A DNA stretch of 64,000 bases from positions 21,764,001-21,828,000 of the forward strand of contig NC_087436.1 of the NCBI RefSeq assembly GCF_036321535.1, written 5' to 3'. A program made the translations under genes and the position numbers. Position 1 is the stretch's first letter. Each line of letters begins with the position of its first letter. A model generated the notes under the pieces. That model had not been told where the DNA came from and searched no databases. It saw only the letters and a program-made list of their open reading frames with translations. This DNA comes from Camelus dromedarius. Its lineage: Eukaryota. Shown here in pieces: positions 1 to 13,492 of the stretch.

Positions 1-9
1 TTTATTAAG

Positions 10-78
10 TACATCGGGTGTTACTGCTTCATGAAGATGTCCGTCGAACTGGGGTCAAAGAGACAGAAGGGACAGAAG
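10..78 (+). CDS. Probable internal exon (69 nt) of an unidentified long-intron gene; phase-1 reading xHRVLLLHEDVRRTGVKETEGTE, phase-0 reading YIGCYCFMKMSVELGSKRQKGQK
   Basis: Strong donor AAG|GTATGT at 78/79 and possible acceptor TTAAG| at 9/10 (upstream tract cut off by the window edge, so the start is uncertain). Length is a multiple of 3 and CpGs are retained, unlike the flanks. Confidence 0.55.
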
Positions 79-639
79 GTATGTGTTGAGAAGTGGGAAA
101 TACATCTTGTTTTCACGTTTAAGCTGAGTTTTTATTGTACTGTGCAGTCCAGATTTCCTGCAGAGATCAGCTAATCAGCATCGTACTCCCTAGCTCTCTC
201 TGTATAGTTGGGGCCATTGTCATGACTGGGCATATTTTTTGACACTGTTAGCTCCTTTTTCTTTAAAAAATTACAACAACAACAACAAAGCTTCTGTTTT
301 TGCCCTGTTGTTTATGCTAGTCCTGTAGCTTACTTTTAACACTTGATGAATGAAACTACCCCACGAAGTTCTGATTATATAGCATACACTGGCCTTTTCT
401 TTGTCATATTCCTTTTTGCTGTTTCTCAGTGTCATATTATTTTTACAGTTGTACTCCAGACATGGCATGTGCCTGCAGAGTACCTGGGTCTTTCTGCAGG
501 GGGTGTGCTTCATTCTTTTGCATACTGTATTAATTCCTGACTCTTCTGTTTTCTAAATACTTTTCCTCATTAAGTTCTCTTGTCTGGTATTTTGCGTTTT
601 ATCACCCTGTTTCTAGAATCTCCCGTGAGTTTCACATTA

Positions 640-790
640 AATTATCTAAAGGACAGTAGTGTAGGTCATAACCCTTCACTCCCCAGGAGCTCTCAAAGCA
701 TCCCACTCCCTATGAGGATAACATTTAAATTCCTTTTCGTTGCGTCCGTGCTTATCATCTGACCTCGTGGGCTCCTTGTTCACTCGTTCC
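640..790 (+). mobile_element. L2 LINE fragment
   Basis: CATCCCACTCCCTATGAGGATAACATTTAAATTCCTT resembles the L2 3' region. Confidence 0.45.
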
Positions 791-1328
791 TCTAAGGACC
801 CAGCAATCTGACCAGACCCATTTCCTAGGGCCCCTCATAGACGGACCCCTCAGCCTTGTCCCATGGTCTGTGCCGCTGTCACTGCCTGCTCTCAGACCCC
901 TTCCCATTGCTTCCCAGTGATCTGAAGCCCACCCAGGCTTTGGCCCGCTCCTCTGACCCCCTCAAGAGCTTCATCCTGCCCTGTCTACCCAGTGTGTAGA
1001 CACCTGCCTCCCCCAGCTCTGCATCGGCCCTGCAGAGCCACAGCTGTTTGGTAAATATCATAAAATGGTACCGAACAAGATTTTTGTCTTTTTTTCACCC
1101 TTTCCCCTACTGAAACATATTCTTTAAAAAAAAAAAAAAATGGGACTCATGCTGCTTTGTCAAGGTCATTCTAAAATGAGCTTTATTTTTCCTGAGTGGT
1201 GCCATTGAGTGACTCATTTTCTTCTCTATATACTTCTGTATTTTCCAAATACTCTTTACTAGAAAATAATGCAGTTAGTTTTTGTAGTAATAACAACAAA
1301 CCCTTAGCTTGTGGCAACAGCCATCTAG

Positions 1329-1425
1329 AGTAGGCATCATTATTCCTATTCCGCATGTTAGGTAATTTACTTGAAACTAGCCCAAGTCTGTCTGACTCTA
1401 AAGCGGATGCTCTTAACCATCATAC
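1329..1425 (-). mobile_element. MIR SINE fragment
   Basis: CCCAAGTCTGTCTGACTCTAAAGCGGATGCTCTTAACCAT is the reverse complement of the MIR head. Confidence 0.75.
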
Positions 1426-1579
1426 TCCTTTTAATGATCAGGAAAAAGAGCTTTAATCATTTTAAAAAATATTTTTGAGAGCATTAGTAATTCCTCTTAA
1501 TTTAATATCAATGACAAGATTATATATTTGCCATTCCTTTATTCCGGGTTCATGAGAGATTATATTTTGACCACACCAG

Positions 1580-1770
1580 TATATAGATATCTTATCCCAC
1601 ATGTACTTCTCACATGACTAACGTGCCTCCCCTTGAAGATGGGATCTGTTACTACAGCTGGAGTCTGTGAGTAGGGTCTCCAACTAATAGACAATGACAG
1701 AAGTGAAGCTCTGGCTTCTGAAGCCGGGTCACAAAAAGTACGTGGCACCTGGTTTTCTCTCTCTCAGTGT
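1580..1770 (+). mobile_element. MLT1-type (ERVL-MaLR) LTR fragment
   Basis: CTAATAGACAATGACAGAAGTGAAGCTCTGGCTTCTGAAGCCGGGTCACAAAAAG resembles the MLT1 core. Confidence 0.55.
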
Positions 1771-2113
1771 AACCCAGTCCCAGTGGATAAACACTAATAA
1801 TTAAGAGGGAGCAGGTTCATTCTGGGAGTTAGACCAGATATTAAGCAAGAAGTAAATTGTATAATTTTATGTAAAACAAGACATTTATTTTGAGGAAACA
1901 AAGGGAAAGCAAACGTTTAAATAGTAGGCATGAGAAAAAGCTGAAGGAAAAAGAGAGATGGGGATCCTCCATAAGACATTTATTTAGGCAGCACACAATT
2001 ACACTTTGGTTGTAACATCGTTGGCAAATGAGAGTGAGAGTTAATAATGATGGGTTTAAGCGCTAAGAAGACAGATACATTGTTCCAGACACTTGTCATT
2101 TTTAAAAACAATA

Positions 2114-2212
2114 CAGTCGACTCTCGGTATCCATGGAGGGATTGGTTCGAGGACTCTCGGGGATACCAAAATCTGGGCATGCTCAAGTCCTTTATGTAAA
2201 ATGGAGAAGTGC
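2114..2212 (+). mobile_element. MER2-like TcMar-Tigger DNA transposon, 5' end
   Basis: TA|CAGTCGACTCTCGGTATCCATGGAGGGATTGGTTCGAGGAC...GGATACCAAAATC...GCTCAAGTCC matches the MER2 left terminus after a TA target. Confidence 0.85.
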
Positions 2213-3264
2213 AAACTACACCTGCATGTTCCCCACTCAGACAGATGAGGGCTTCCTTAATTATTCCCCGTTCTTTGGGCAGCTGGGTTGTTTCTGAATA
2301 CTTCCAATCATAATGGTGTTACACATGTAATTTGTAGCCTGTGAGATGATTTCTTCTTTGTATTTTTCAGTCTGTATACTATTAGTTCATCTGTTTTGTC
2401 ACTTCTCTGGAGAAATCTGGCCGTTGGTCGCTTACAAATTCCCTAAATATTTTTCAGAATAATTTTTCCACCAGTGTATTGGCATTCTGTTTGTATAGTT
2501 TTACATTTATTTTATCACATTTTAGTAAGCAATTTTAACAGGTATTTACTATCTTGTGTCTAATAATTTTCCTTCATCTCTTTAGTAGTCATAAGTTTTT
2601 AATCTCATTCTCAGATGGGAAGAAAAACTCAGTCTTTTATATTAAAATTGTTTTGAAATTATTTGATCCTTTTGAAATGTTTAGCCATGAAGCTGTGAAT
2701 TACGGATTTCCAATTCTTTTCCACTCTGTTTTCACTGACAGTGACTAATAATGATTCTTTCATTCATTATGATGTTACTTTAATTTGACATTTATTAGGG
2801 TCTTATAATGATTTGACTCCTTTTCTTGGTTATCTTTTCTATTCTACTTATTTTTCTGTGTTAAATACTTTATGGTTTAAGTGATTTTCACTTTGTCATG
2901 TAGGTTAGCATTTCATAAGGTAACTGCATCAGGGCTTTAATGCTGTTTTTATATCATTTTATCTTATTCTTCCAAACGAATTGTGTCACCCTTGTGTAAT
3001 ACTATCTCTGTGGGATTGTCTGAGGTATGACATTAAATGCTTGCTTAGGGATTAATGTACATTTTAAGTTAATAATCTTAATCAGGACAGTGCTAATTTC
3101 TACATTTATTTCTATCTTCCTGGATTTTCTTGTTATGATTTTTCTGTATGTTTCAATAACTCTTTTGTGTTATGAACAGAATTAACACCTGTAGCCTGAG
3201 TACACTGGATTTGTCAGTGGAATCATTCTCTTATTGTCTATTTCTAGCTGTGCATCACTCATAT

Positions 3265-3485
3265 GATAATAACTGCCATGTTTGAAGTGTTTAATTTATG
3301 TTAACTCTTTACATGTGATTTAATCCTCACAACAATGCTACAGGGTAGGCTCATTATCTCCAAGATACAGATGAAGCCACCAAAGCTCAGAGATTAAGAA
3401 AAATACTCAAGGGCACATCAGTGGTCAGCATTGGCTCCTGTGTTCAAGTCCATGTCTGTATGCCTTCAAAGTTAAATTCCTTACG
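3265..3485 (-). mobile_element. MIR SINE
   Basis: ATTTAATCCTCACAACAATGCTACAGGGTAGG...ACAGATGAAG...GCTCAGAGATTAAG is the antisense MIR core. Confidence 0.8.
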
Positions 3486-3724
3486 CTGTCTCTCTTAGAA
3501 GTACTGTTGATAGTTCTGATATATCTCATATATTACAACTCTTCCCAACTCAATTACAAGGAGAGGATAGTATCTATGTTTTCTATGTGTAAAATTTATG
3601 AATTTAAATTTCCCCTGTTTTTTAATGACAAAATCCTTTTTGTGGAATCGATGGCACCTGCTTTCTTGTAACATGTAAAGTTAAAGTGCTGGTGGAGAAG
3701 GCTAATTTATCTGTCTCTCTAAAA

Positions 3725-4190
3725 ATGTTTTATTTTGAAATAATTTCAATCTTATAGAAAAGTTGCCCAAAAAAGTAACAAATGTGCATACCACTATGCT
3801 CTTTTACTTAGATTCATTTTTTAAACATTTCAATTTTTATTTAGTTTTTAAAACATTTTGGCACATTGCTTTATTATTTATTACATGCATGCACAGTTGT
3901 GCATGTGCATGTGTGTGCACACGTGTAATATGTCTTATTTTCTGAGCTATTTGCGAGTGGGTTGCATGCATAGTGCTTCAATGAGTATTTCCTAAGAATA
4001 GGAATATTCTGTTGCATGTCTATAGTGTAGTTATCAAATTCAGGAAATTTAGCATTGATATAATACTTTTCTTTAGTCTGAAGTTTTCATTCCAATTCCA
4101 TTAATGGTCCCAATAATGCTCTTTAAAGCGTATTTTCCCTTTTCTGAAACAAGATCCAGTTCATAATTCTAGGTTTCATTTTCCTGTCTT
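3725..4190 (-). mobile_element. Old L1 (L1MC-like) 3' end
   Basis: TTTTATTTTGAAATAATTTCAATCTTATAGAAAAGTTG and TTTCCTAAGAATAGGAATATTCT are typical of antisense L1MC 3' ends. Confidence 0.7.
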
Positions 4191-5856
4191 CTTGTTCTTC
4201 ACTGCTTTATCATCCTTTTATTATTATTAATTTTTGTAGTACATGCAAAATATTTTAATATGATACCTTCAAGAGATCAGTGTTAAACCACATGATCGAA
4301 GTATGCATTTTAAAATGACGGTACACAAATCAGAAAGTGTTTTGGAGTCTTCTTAATTGTTTGGATATCTTTGTGATTGATCTCTAATTTATTTTTATTG
4401 TGATTAGAAGAATAGTCTAAAAATAACTTAATATTTAGCCAATTTGGGTAAATATTCCATGTATACTTGAGAAGAATAAGTTTTATCTTTTGTTAAGTAC
4501 AGGGTTTTATCATTCCTATCATTTATATATTATTAATATATAATATATTTCTATCATTTTCCTTTAGATATTTGGCATGTTTATTAATTTTTGTTTCCTT
4601 GTTATATTGAGTACTCAAAAATTCAAAAAAAGTGTTATGTGTTAAAATCTCCCATTATGATAGTGTGATGGTAAATATTTCATTTTGCCCTTGTAATCCT
4701 ATTAATTTTTATTTTATATAGCAAGGTGAATACGATTTTAGAATTGTTCATTGTTGTATTTTCAGGTGAATTGGATATTTTATCATTGAGTAGAAATCTC
4801 TTTATCCTCAATACTGTTTTTTGGCTTCACATGGATTTTGTCTGATATCAGATAGTAATGTGGCTCTACCTCTTTCTTTTACTCTTTTTACTCAGTCTAT
4901 TTTTATGTAGTGTCTTTCTTAATATATTTGAAATTCCTACTGTTATTATTTTGTGCTTCCTATTTCTCTTTTTTTCTCTTATATTTTTCTCTTCTTTTTA
5001 TGTCTTCTTTCTTTGTGAGAAAGTTTCTGATTATGAATTCAAGTTCTTTAGTAGAAGGAATGCCAGTTTTCTGTCTCCTTGATTCGGTTTTGGTAAGTTG
5101 GATTGTTCAGGGAATATATGCATTTCCTCTAAGTTATTGAATTAATAGGCATAAAGTTGTTCGTAACTTTTCTTTTTTTCTTTAAGGTCTGTAGGATCTC
5201 TACTAATATCCATTATGTCATTAATGATTTTCTTAATTTGTTTCCCCTCTTTTTTTCCTGATTAGTTTGCTAGAAGTTTATCGGTTTTATTAAACTGTTC
5301 AAAGAACCAATTTGTGTTTTTAAAATGTTTCTCTGTTTTTAATCTATTTAATGTTTAATTTCTGTTCTGATTTTTAGTATTTCTTTCCTTACTTTAATTT
5401 TTTCTTCCTTTTTCAGGGATTTAAGCCAGAAACTTAGATCTTATTTTCTAATAATGGGCATTTATTTGAAGCTATAGATCTCTTTCTAACTACTGTTTTA
5501 GTTATGTCCCATAAATTTTGCTATGTTGTATTCTTATTGTCATACAGTTTGAAACATTTTCTAATTTTCCTTACAATTTTTTCCTTGGCCCTTGGGTTAT
5601 TTAGAAGTGGATTATTTAATTTTTAATTATTTCTTTTTCTATGTGGATAACTAGGTAACTGTTACAGACTTTTAATTTAATCATAATTTGAGAAGTGAAC
5701 ATACCCTGAGATTTTAGTCTTTTTAAATATATTGAGGTATATTTTATGGCTGGCATTGATTGTATCATGGTGACTATTCTGTATGTTCTTGAAAAGAATG
5801 TCTGTACTGCAGCTGTCAGATATAGGATTCTATAATTGTCAGTTAGGTGCAGATTA

Positions 5857-5905
5857 TTGGTTGTTAAGGTTATTAAGATTGTTAAGATTAAGGTTGTTAA
5901 GATTA
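5857..5905. repeat. Short imperfect tandem repeat (about GTTAAGATT)n within L1
   Basis: TGGTTGTTAAGGTTATTAAGATTGTTAAGATTAAGGTTGTTAAGATT. Confidence 0.7.
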
Positions 5906-6305
5906 TCTTTTCTTTGTCTTATATCAACTATTGAGAGAGGGATATTAAAAATCAATAATGATTATGGACTTATTTTTCTTTCTAGTTCTATCAGTATTTG
6001 GTTCATGAACTTTAAACTTTTATTATTAAGTGGATAAACAAATTGACCCTTTTATCATTGTGAAACATCCATCTTTATCTATTGGAATATGATTTGTTTT
6101 GAAATCTATGTTGTCTCATAGTAATATAATGATACCAGCTTTCTCATGCTTCCTGTTTGCATTGTAGATCTTTCCCCATCCTTTCACTTTCAATTTATTT
6201 ATCTTCTTTAAATTTAAATTGAGTTTTTTTGTTGGCAGCATATAGTTGGATCTGGCTTTTAAAATCAGTCTTGCAAAATCTGCTATCTAATTGGAGTGTT
6301 TGGTC

Positions 6306-6520
6306 CAAGGGTTGGCAAACATTTTCTGTTAAGAGCCAGATAATAAACATTTTGGGCTTTGCAAGTCATATGGTCTCAGTCGTAACCACTGAACTCTGCC
6401 ATTTTAGCAAAAAGCAACCACAGACGATGTGTAAATAGGTAGACAAGGGTATTTTTCAATAAATATTTATAAAATAAATGGGCAAAATTTGGCCTGCAGG
6501 TCATGGTTTCTCAATCCCTT
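6306..6520 (-). mobile_element. MER58A hAT-Charlie DNA transposon, near full length, nested in L1
   Basis: CAAGGGTTGGCAAAC...CCAGATAATAAACATTTTGGGCTTTGC...TTTGGCCTGCAGG...CCCTT. 8-bp TSD GTTTGGTC (6298-6305) / GTTTAGTC (6521-6528). Confidence 0.9.
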
Positions 6521-7293
6521 GTTTAGTCTATTTGCTTTTCATTCTTTCTCTCTGTTTACATTTCATATAATTATTTATATTGTTGTTTTTAAGTCTATCT
6601 TCATATTTTTTCCATTTTTCCCTTACTTATTTTTTTGTTGTTGTTGCTTCTTTCCTGACTACTTTGGACTAACTGAATATTTTTAATACTATTATTTTAT
6701 GTCCTTTCTTGCTTCTCATTTCATATGCTTTTAAAATGTATGTGGTGTTTGCTCTAGGATTAACGGTATCCCTCCTTAACTTCGAACGATTTAACTCTCC
6801 TTGAATTCTGTTAGAATCAGTATTACTCTGTGTATCGCCTGATTCTTCACAATGCCACCTTATTACTTCATATTTGATGTTCTTACTTCCCGGTTCCTAC
6901 TTCCCCTTTCCAAAATGTTATACTCATTCAACAGAATTCCATTACTTGTCTCTCATCTATTGTGCTGCTTTTTGCATATTCCCTATTTTTTCATATGTCA
7001 TAAATCCTACCTTGCAATTTTATTATTATTGCTTTTGAAAAAACAACTATCTTTTAAAGAAATATGGAAAGTAATACAGTCTCTTATATAACCCACTATT
7101 TATTTTTTCCAGCGTTTGTCTTTCCTTCAAGTATATCTGCTATTTCATGTGGTATGATTTTCCTTCCTTTTTTTTTTTTTTAACATTTCTTGTAGTTTAT
7201 GTTTGCTGTAAATATTTTTTCACTTTTGTCTATAATAAAATGTCTTTATTTCACCTTATTTTTGAAGTATATTTTTGCTAGATGTTATATTCT

Positions 7294-7432
7294 TTTTTTT
7301 TTTTTTTTTGGCAGGGGGAGGTAATTAGGTTTATTTATTTATTTGGTTTTCCAACGGAGGTACTGGGGATTGAACCCAGGACCTCATGCAGCTTAAGCAT
7401 GTGCTCTACTGCTTAAGCTATACCCAACCCCC
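7294..7432 (-). mobile_element. Camelid tRNA-derived SINE (Vic-1-like), long form
   Basis: Poly-T, GGGGGAGGTAATTAGGTTTATTT, antisense B-box GGGGATTGAACCCAGGACC. TSD TAGATGTTATATTCT / TAGACATTACATTCT. Confidence 0.9.
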
Positions 7433-9389
7433 TAGACATTACATTCTTAAAGTAAAAAAAAAAAAAAAATAGCATTTTAAAGATGCTGTTCCATGGTTGT
7501 TTGGACTATTTTGTTTAAATGAGAAGTCAACAGTTATCTTTATCCCTTTTCCTGTAGTAATGTGTCTTTTTCTCTGACTGCTTTATCTTTTGTTTTCAGT
7601 AATTTGATTGTAATGTGCTTTGGTGTACTTTGATTTTATCTTTTTGGGGGGCTTCCTCAAATTCTTGACTCCATAAGTTATTATTTTCCCATCAAATTGA
7701 GCATATTTTAGCCATTATTTCTTTAAATACCTTTAAGTACTATTATTTTTTTATGTCTGAGACTTCTATACATGTTTGATTGTTTGATACTGCCCTATAG
7801 GCCTCTGGAATTTGGTTAATTTCTTCAAACATTTTATCTCTGTTTTCCTCAGATTGCATAATTTCTATTGATTTCTCTTCAGCTTCACTGACTCTCTTCT
7901 ACTATCTCCAACTTGCTATTAATCTGATCCAGTAAATTTTAAAGTTTACATATTAATTCTCTTTAATTCTAGAATTTCTGTTTGGCTTTTTAAATAGCTT
8001 TCATTTCTCATCTGAGATTCACTATTTTTTCTCTTATTAAAACCATGTTTTCCTTTAATTCTCTGAACACATTTTTCTTTGGTTCTTTGAATATGTATTT
8101 AATAAGTGCTTTAAAGTCATTGTCTGTTATATGCAAGAACTGTGTCATCTCTGAGTTAGTTTATTTTGAGGTATTTCCTTTACTACATGTCGTATTTTAC
8201 TTTTTCTTTGTACTCCTAGTAATTAATGTATACTGACATTGTAAAAAAGTTACAGTATTAGGAGGTGTTAATGATCTACGTCCACTCTGGTTGGCATGGA
8301 CTCCAATATCCATTGTCGCTGCTCGACCTCTAATATCTCTGTTTCATTCTCAGCGAGTGGCAGTGACTCTCTAAAAAGCCTCATGTTTTCTTGTGCTGCA
8401 CGTGTATAGCCCAGTCTTTGCCTGAAAACTTACAGGGAATACTACCCAGACATCTGAGACTTCCCTTCCACACAAATGCTTCCTTTCTGACACCTTGTCT
8501 TGCGTATTCCATCTACTTCCGCTTCCCAGAACTCTCATTTTTGCCTTTTAAAGGCAGCAAGCCATGTACTTTGCTGGGATCCCAGCTTGCTTTACTGAGG
8601 TTGGAAAATTACTCCTCAGGAGAGTGTTGGGGAACTGGTGGAGTTTCCCCTTAACTCATAAAGTACAGTTCTGTGCTGTCTGTATAATGCCCAGGAAGAT
8701 TTACCTTACATATTTTGTCCAATTTTATGGTTGTTTATATTGAGTGGACGAATCCAGGACCAGTTACTTTATTGTTATCAGAAACAGAAGTTTCTTAAGC
8801 TTTCTTTCTGATTGAGGTTTCCTAGTCTTCCATTCCCTCTTTGCTGGCTTGAAGTTAATATATTTGATTTCTGTTTTTGAGATAGTGACCTTAAAATTTT
8901 TGTTTGCGTTCTTAAAATCTAAAGTTAATTCATCTTGAGTTTCTACTCCTCAACAATGCAGGATATAACAACTTAAATTTAATTACCTCTCTTTTTTTGT
9001 GAAATAATTAATTCAACCTTATTTTATTATTCACTGAATTAAGCATTATTATTAATACAGTCATTGTTGATTAAGTTTACCCACATGCTCACTAATTTTT
9101 TTTCTCTAGTCCCTCTTGTGTCTTAGACTTCCCACCTGCAATTATCTTTTTTTCTGCCCTAAATCTTTTCTTTCAGATTTTTTTTTTTTTATTATGGGTC
9201 TCTTGGTGTAAGCTCTGCTTTGATATGTCTGAATATTTGTTTCACTTCTGCCTGAAAGTACAGTTTGGGAATAGAAATCTTAACTGACAGCTATTCTTTT
9301 CAGAGTTAAAATGTATTCTTTAGTATTCTGGCATCCATTGTTTTGAGAATCTGCTGTTTATTATCATTTGCTTATTGGTAAATGTACTT

Positions 9390-9747
9390 CCGAGTCAAAC
9401 CCACAATAGGTATTCTTGATTTTTTGTGTTGAAATCAGAAGAAGAAAATTAGGAAAGCAGTATAGAAAAGAAAAAGCAGCTAGTCAAAGATGTGGATTTA
9501 GTGAAAGATCATTGATGCCACAGGAAGCTCTGCATCCTGAGGGTACCGCAGAAATGTCCCACCTTGATGCAGAGGACTAGCCTTTGATATCCTTTGATTA
9601 GTCATTGTTTGATGATGGGCTGTCCCCAGAAGGAGTATGGTAACTCAGAGACATTTCCAGGAAGCTGAAGACAGCTATCAAGAGAAGGGTAGGTGTGGGT
9701 CCACTGGCTGGTAAAGAGGATATGGGCGGGGAACCAAGTGTCCCCTA
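9390..9747. mobile_element. ERVL-class LTR fragment (LTR16/LTR33-like)
   Basis: Purine-rich insert within L1 ending GAGGATATGGGCGGGGAACCAA, similar to LTR16/LTR33 termini. Confidence 0.45.
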
Positions 9748-9749
9748 AA

Positions 9750-11270
9750 GTATTTTTTATTTATGACTGGTTCAGTACTCTTTGTTTCTGGTATTCCGCA
9801 GCTTTACTATTGTCTTTAAGGATAAATTTCTTTTTATTTATCCTTCTTGGAAAACATTGTGTTTTCTGGATCTCAAGTTTCAATTCTGAAAAACTTTTTA
9901 GCCAGTTAACTTTCTTGGTATTGCCCTTCCAGGTGGCAAAATTTAAGAAAAGTAAACTTCTCCTTTAGTTTTTGGCCCTTGCTACCTCACTTACCTCACC
10001 CTAGGTCTGGCCCTGGCCTCTCCTCCATTCTCTCTTATCTTCCCCTCAGAGAATCTGGTCACATGTTAGAACTTTTTATTCTCTCCTTCGTCTTATATAT
10101 GTTTCATCACCTTTTCTTTCTTTGTTGCGTTTTATATATTTGTTCAAGTGTATCTTTCAGTTTATTAACTTGCTCTGATGTTGTACCTGGTTTTCTATTC
10201 AATGCATCTATTGAGATTGCAATTTTATTTTTTTTCCAGAAGTTACCTTTGGTCTTTCAAAATTCCAATTTTTTTTTCAGTTGAAGTACAGTTGATTTAC
10301 AATATTATGTTAGTTTCTGGTACACAGCATAGTGATTCAGTTATATATACATATACATATATATTCCTTTTCATGTTCTTTTTCATCATAAGTTACTACA
10401 AGTTATTGAATGTACTTTCCTGTGCTGTATAGTAGGATCTTGTTATCTATTCTGTCCAGTTGATTTTTATACCCTATTGTTCCTTTCATATGATTTTAGT
10501 TCCCTTTTTTATATATTTAGAGATTTTTAGTGTATTTATTTTATGTTGTCTATCTGAGAGTTACAAAATCTGAAGTCTTTGGCAGTCTAATTCTGCTGTT
10601 TGATGCTTCTTTGGACCCTCCTTTATGAAGGCCCATTTTCTTGTAGGTTGCATAATTTTGGATTATGAGCTCATTTTTGGCTTTTTAAAAATTCTGGGAA
10701 TCCTGAGAGGTCTGAAATGAGGTTATATTACTTTGGAGGAGATTTAATTTGCTTTTTTAAGTTAATTTCTCTGCTTGAAGTTTTTCAGGATTTGTAATCA
10801 GTGTAATCCAAGCTCCCTAATCATAAGTGAAGACTATGATTTATGCATTTTTAGAAGAGTGATTTTCTTCTTCTCTTCTCCAAGCTAGGGATGTCACAGA
10901 TAATTTTCCCCTTGTCACTCCCCCTTGGTAGAGGGCATTTAAACTTTTTTTATACCCTTTTGGACTTTTTGATGTTTTTAATTCCAACTCCCCATCTTTT
11001 TCAAACCTTAAGTCTTGTCTGATGTTTCCTGTCAGGATACTGAAATCAATCTTGAAGATCCTCATATTAGTAAACACCACTGGGGCACGCATGATTTTTG
11101 CACGTGGATGCTACTGTTGTTTCTGCTCTGTCTTCATTTTGGCACTGTAAGGTCATTCTTATTTCCTGTGAGCTCAACAATGCATTTTAAAATGTGTTTG
11201 TCATATTGTAGTAAACATTCTACATGTTTTGAAGCAGAGGCTTTTTAAAATTACCAGTGTCTTTGCTACC
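9750..11270 (-). mobile_element. Old L1 fragments (continuation)
   Basis: T-rich antisense L1-like motifs (TTCAATTCTGAAAAAC, TTCAAGTGTATCTTTCAGTTTATTAA). Confidence 0.5.
10269..10455 (-). mobile_element. Younger artiodactyl/camelid-type L1 3' end
   Basis: TTTTTCAGTTGAAGTACAGTTGATTTACAATATTATGTTAGTTTCTGGTACACAGCATAGTGATTCAG. Confidence 0.85.
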
Positions 11271-13329
11271 AGAAGCAGAAATCTCCTAATTGGGCACCAT
11301 ACACTTTTTATTTTTTAGCCCCCTTTTTTCTGTAATACTTTGTAATGGAACATGGAGACATTCAACTATAATTTCTTTTTTTTAGATTTTTTTTCTTGCA
11401 TTTAGATATTGTTCAGGTTTTCTGTTCATGAGTACTTTCAGCATTGTAAAATTTTTTCCTGCTGTGTTAGTTTTGTTGTTTATATCCTCCACCAAAATTG
11501 TTGATTCCTAGAGTAGGAGTAGAAAGTAAGAGTTAATTTAGTTAAAATTTTCTTCTAATGCCAGTTAATTTCCAAGCTTTTGGACTAAGTTTTACACTTG
11601 TATTAATGCGTTTAGGCACAGAAACCACCTACAAATAAAATATGGCTATCTGACTAGTGAAAATATCTTTTCATACCCTGTGGGGTGGAGTAAATATAAG
11701 ATGAAACAGAAAGACTGTAGAGGGATGTAAAACTTCCCTCTCCTTGAGCTAAGCCAAGAATGTTATGAAAGTAGGCAAATTGTGCTTCATGTCTCTCCTA
11801 AATTGTCATTCTAAAGGTTAAGATTATTAAGAATAATAACATATAAAAGTTATCAGAGTAATTGGCTTGAGCAAGAGGCCAATACAATGTATCCATAGCA
11901 TTTTTCAAATATAATGTGAATTATATTATGAATATTCATTTTGAATATGAATACATTATGAATACATTTTTTAAAAGTTTTTCTTTGGTCCCTTTTAATC
12001 CCATGAACTAATGGCTTATTTAAGCCTCCTGCATTGATATTAAAATGTATCTATTATTAATATCTTTTCTAGATTCCTAATGTCCCTCTTTTTCTTTTTG
12101 TTAGTGGTAGTTTTATTTTATTTCATTTTTACCGGTGGTGGTATGTACTAGTATGTCCTAATTGGCAATCTTTTTTGACATTTCAGCCCATACTTTTGTC
12201 TGCATTTCTAAAAGATAAGGATGTTTATCTTACATAACCACAATATGGTTACCACAGCCGATACAATTAAAATTAATTTTCTTTTACTGTCTAATAACTC
12301 AAACTCATTCTCAAACATTCTTTATTTTCCTATTGGAAACATTTTTAAGAGTGATCTTCCTTGATGCTATATACTCAAATAAGTTAACCTGTTTGCCTCA
12401 GCTAGCTCATATTTTGCAAATCCATGCAAGAACCAATGCAAAGAGATAATGTGGTAAATAAATCTGATCATGTTTTTTCAAGATATGGGTACTGGTGCTT
12501 CATTACAACAGTAAAAAGTAGCTACCAGCTCAGAATTTTGTCTTACAAAATTTGTCTTATTTTAAGATTGATTTTCTTTTGCATTAATTTACTCTTTTAA
12601 AGCTTATTTTGATTGTTTTCCATATGGATATTTCTGTTTGTTTGAGGAGTTTTTTGGATGGCTTAGGTGCATTTTATTGGTTTTCTTTCAGAATGAGGAT
12701 TTTACGAATTAATGATTTTGGTTATTGTTGATGGTGGTAGTTTTAGCCAGAAGCAAAATCCTGTATTACTACTAAGATATTTTTCTAGAACTGTTTCAGG
12801 TCAGCTTATATCAAAAGCCAAAAAACTTTAGGGCAGCTTATAAGTGAATACCTGAGAAATAAGGAAATCTGAGAAGAATTCAAAAAGGATTTGAGATCAG
12901 CATTGTGCTATAATGTAGCATAAAATCTCCCAGGATTTGGAGAAAACAGTAGCTACTCTGCTATTGATCTTTTAATTTTGGAGCTCTCTTCGACATTTAC
13001 AAGGCTGCACGCCAGAGTAAAAGCAAGTCAGCTCTGCCTGTTTCCAACTGATGGCATCTATAGTCATTTGTGGAGGATACAGCACCTTGCAAACAAAGAG
13101 CTTTACAGACAGCCCTAGAAAGGAAGCTGCTGTTTTTAAGTCCTCAGTAGTTAATTCAGCACAATTCAGTAACACTGCAGGTAATAAAGCTGACAGAGAT
13201 AGTGAAGTACTCAATAATAATTTTAACAGACTAAAACACTAAGTGGTAAAATTGATAAAAGTATCTTTCACAGAACCTACAGAAATAAATTAGCTGAAGA
13301 AGGCCTTCAGTTTAGAGGAATATATCATC

Positions 13330-13492
13330 TAAAGTAAGTTTCTTGAAGTTGAATATTCCTACGGATCACCTGAGGTTCTTGTTGGTCTACTGCTGGTCTA
13401 GGATGGTACCTGGAATTCTGATTTCTAATAAGCTCTCAGGTCATGGTGAGGCTGCTGGATTATGAACACCCATTGAGAATAAAGAGCCTAGA
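13330..13492. mobile_element. MER5A-like hAT DNA transposon
   Basis: GATCACCTGAGGTTCTTGTT...TTTCTAATAAGCTCTCAGGTCATGGTGAGGCTGCTGG...ATTGAGAAT. Confidence 0.7.

Larger units (their letters stand above)
4340..9380 (-). mobile_element. Degraded old L1 (L1M/L1ME-type) body fragments, interrupted by younger insertions
   Basis: Long T-rich tract with antisense L1 motifs such as TTCAAAGAACCAATTT, GGTTATTTAGAAGTG, TTGAAAAGAATGT and TTTAGCCATTATTTCTTTAAATA. Confidence 0.75.
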
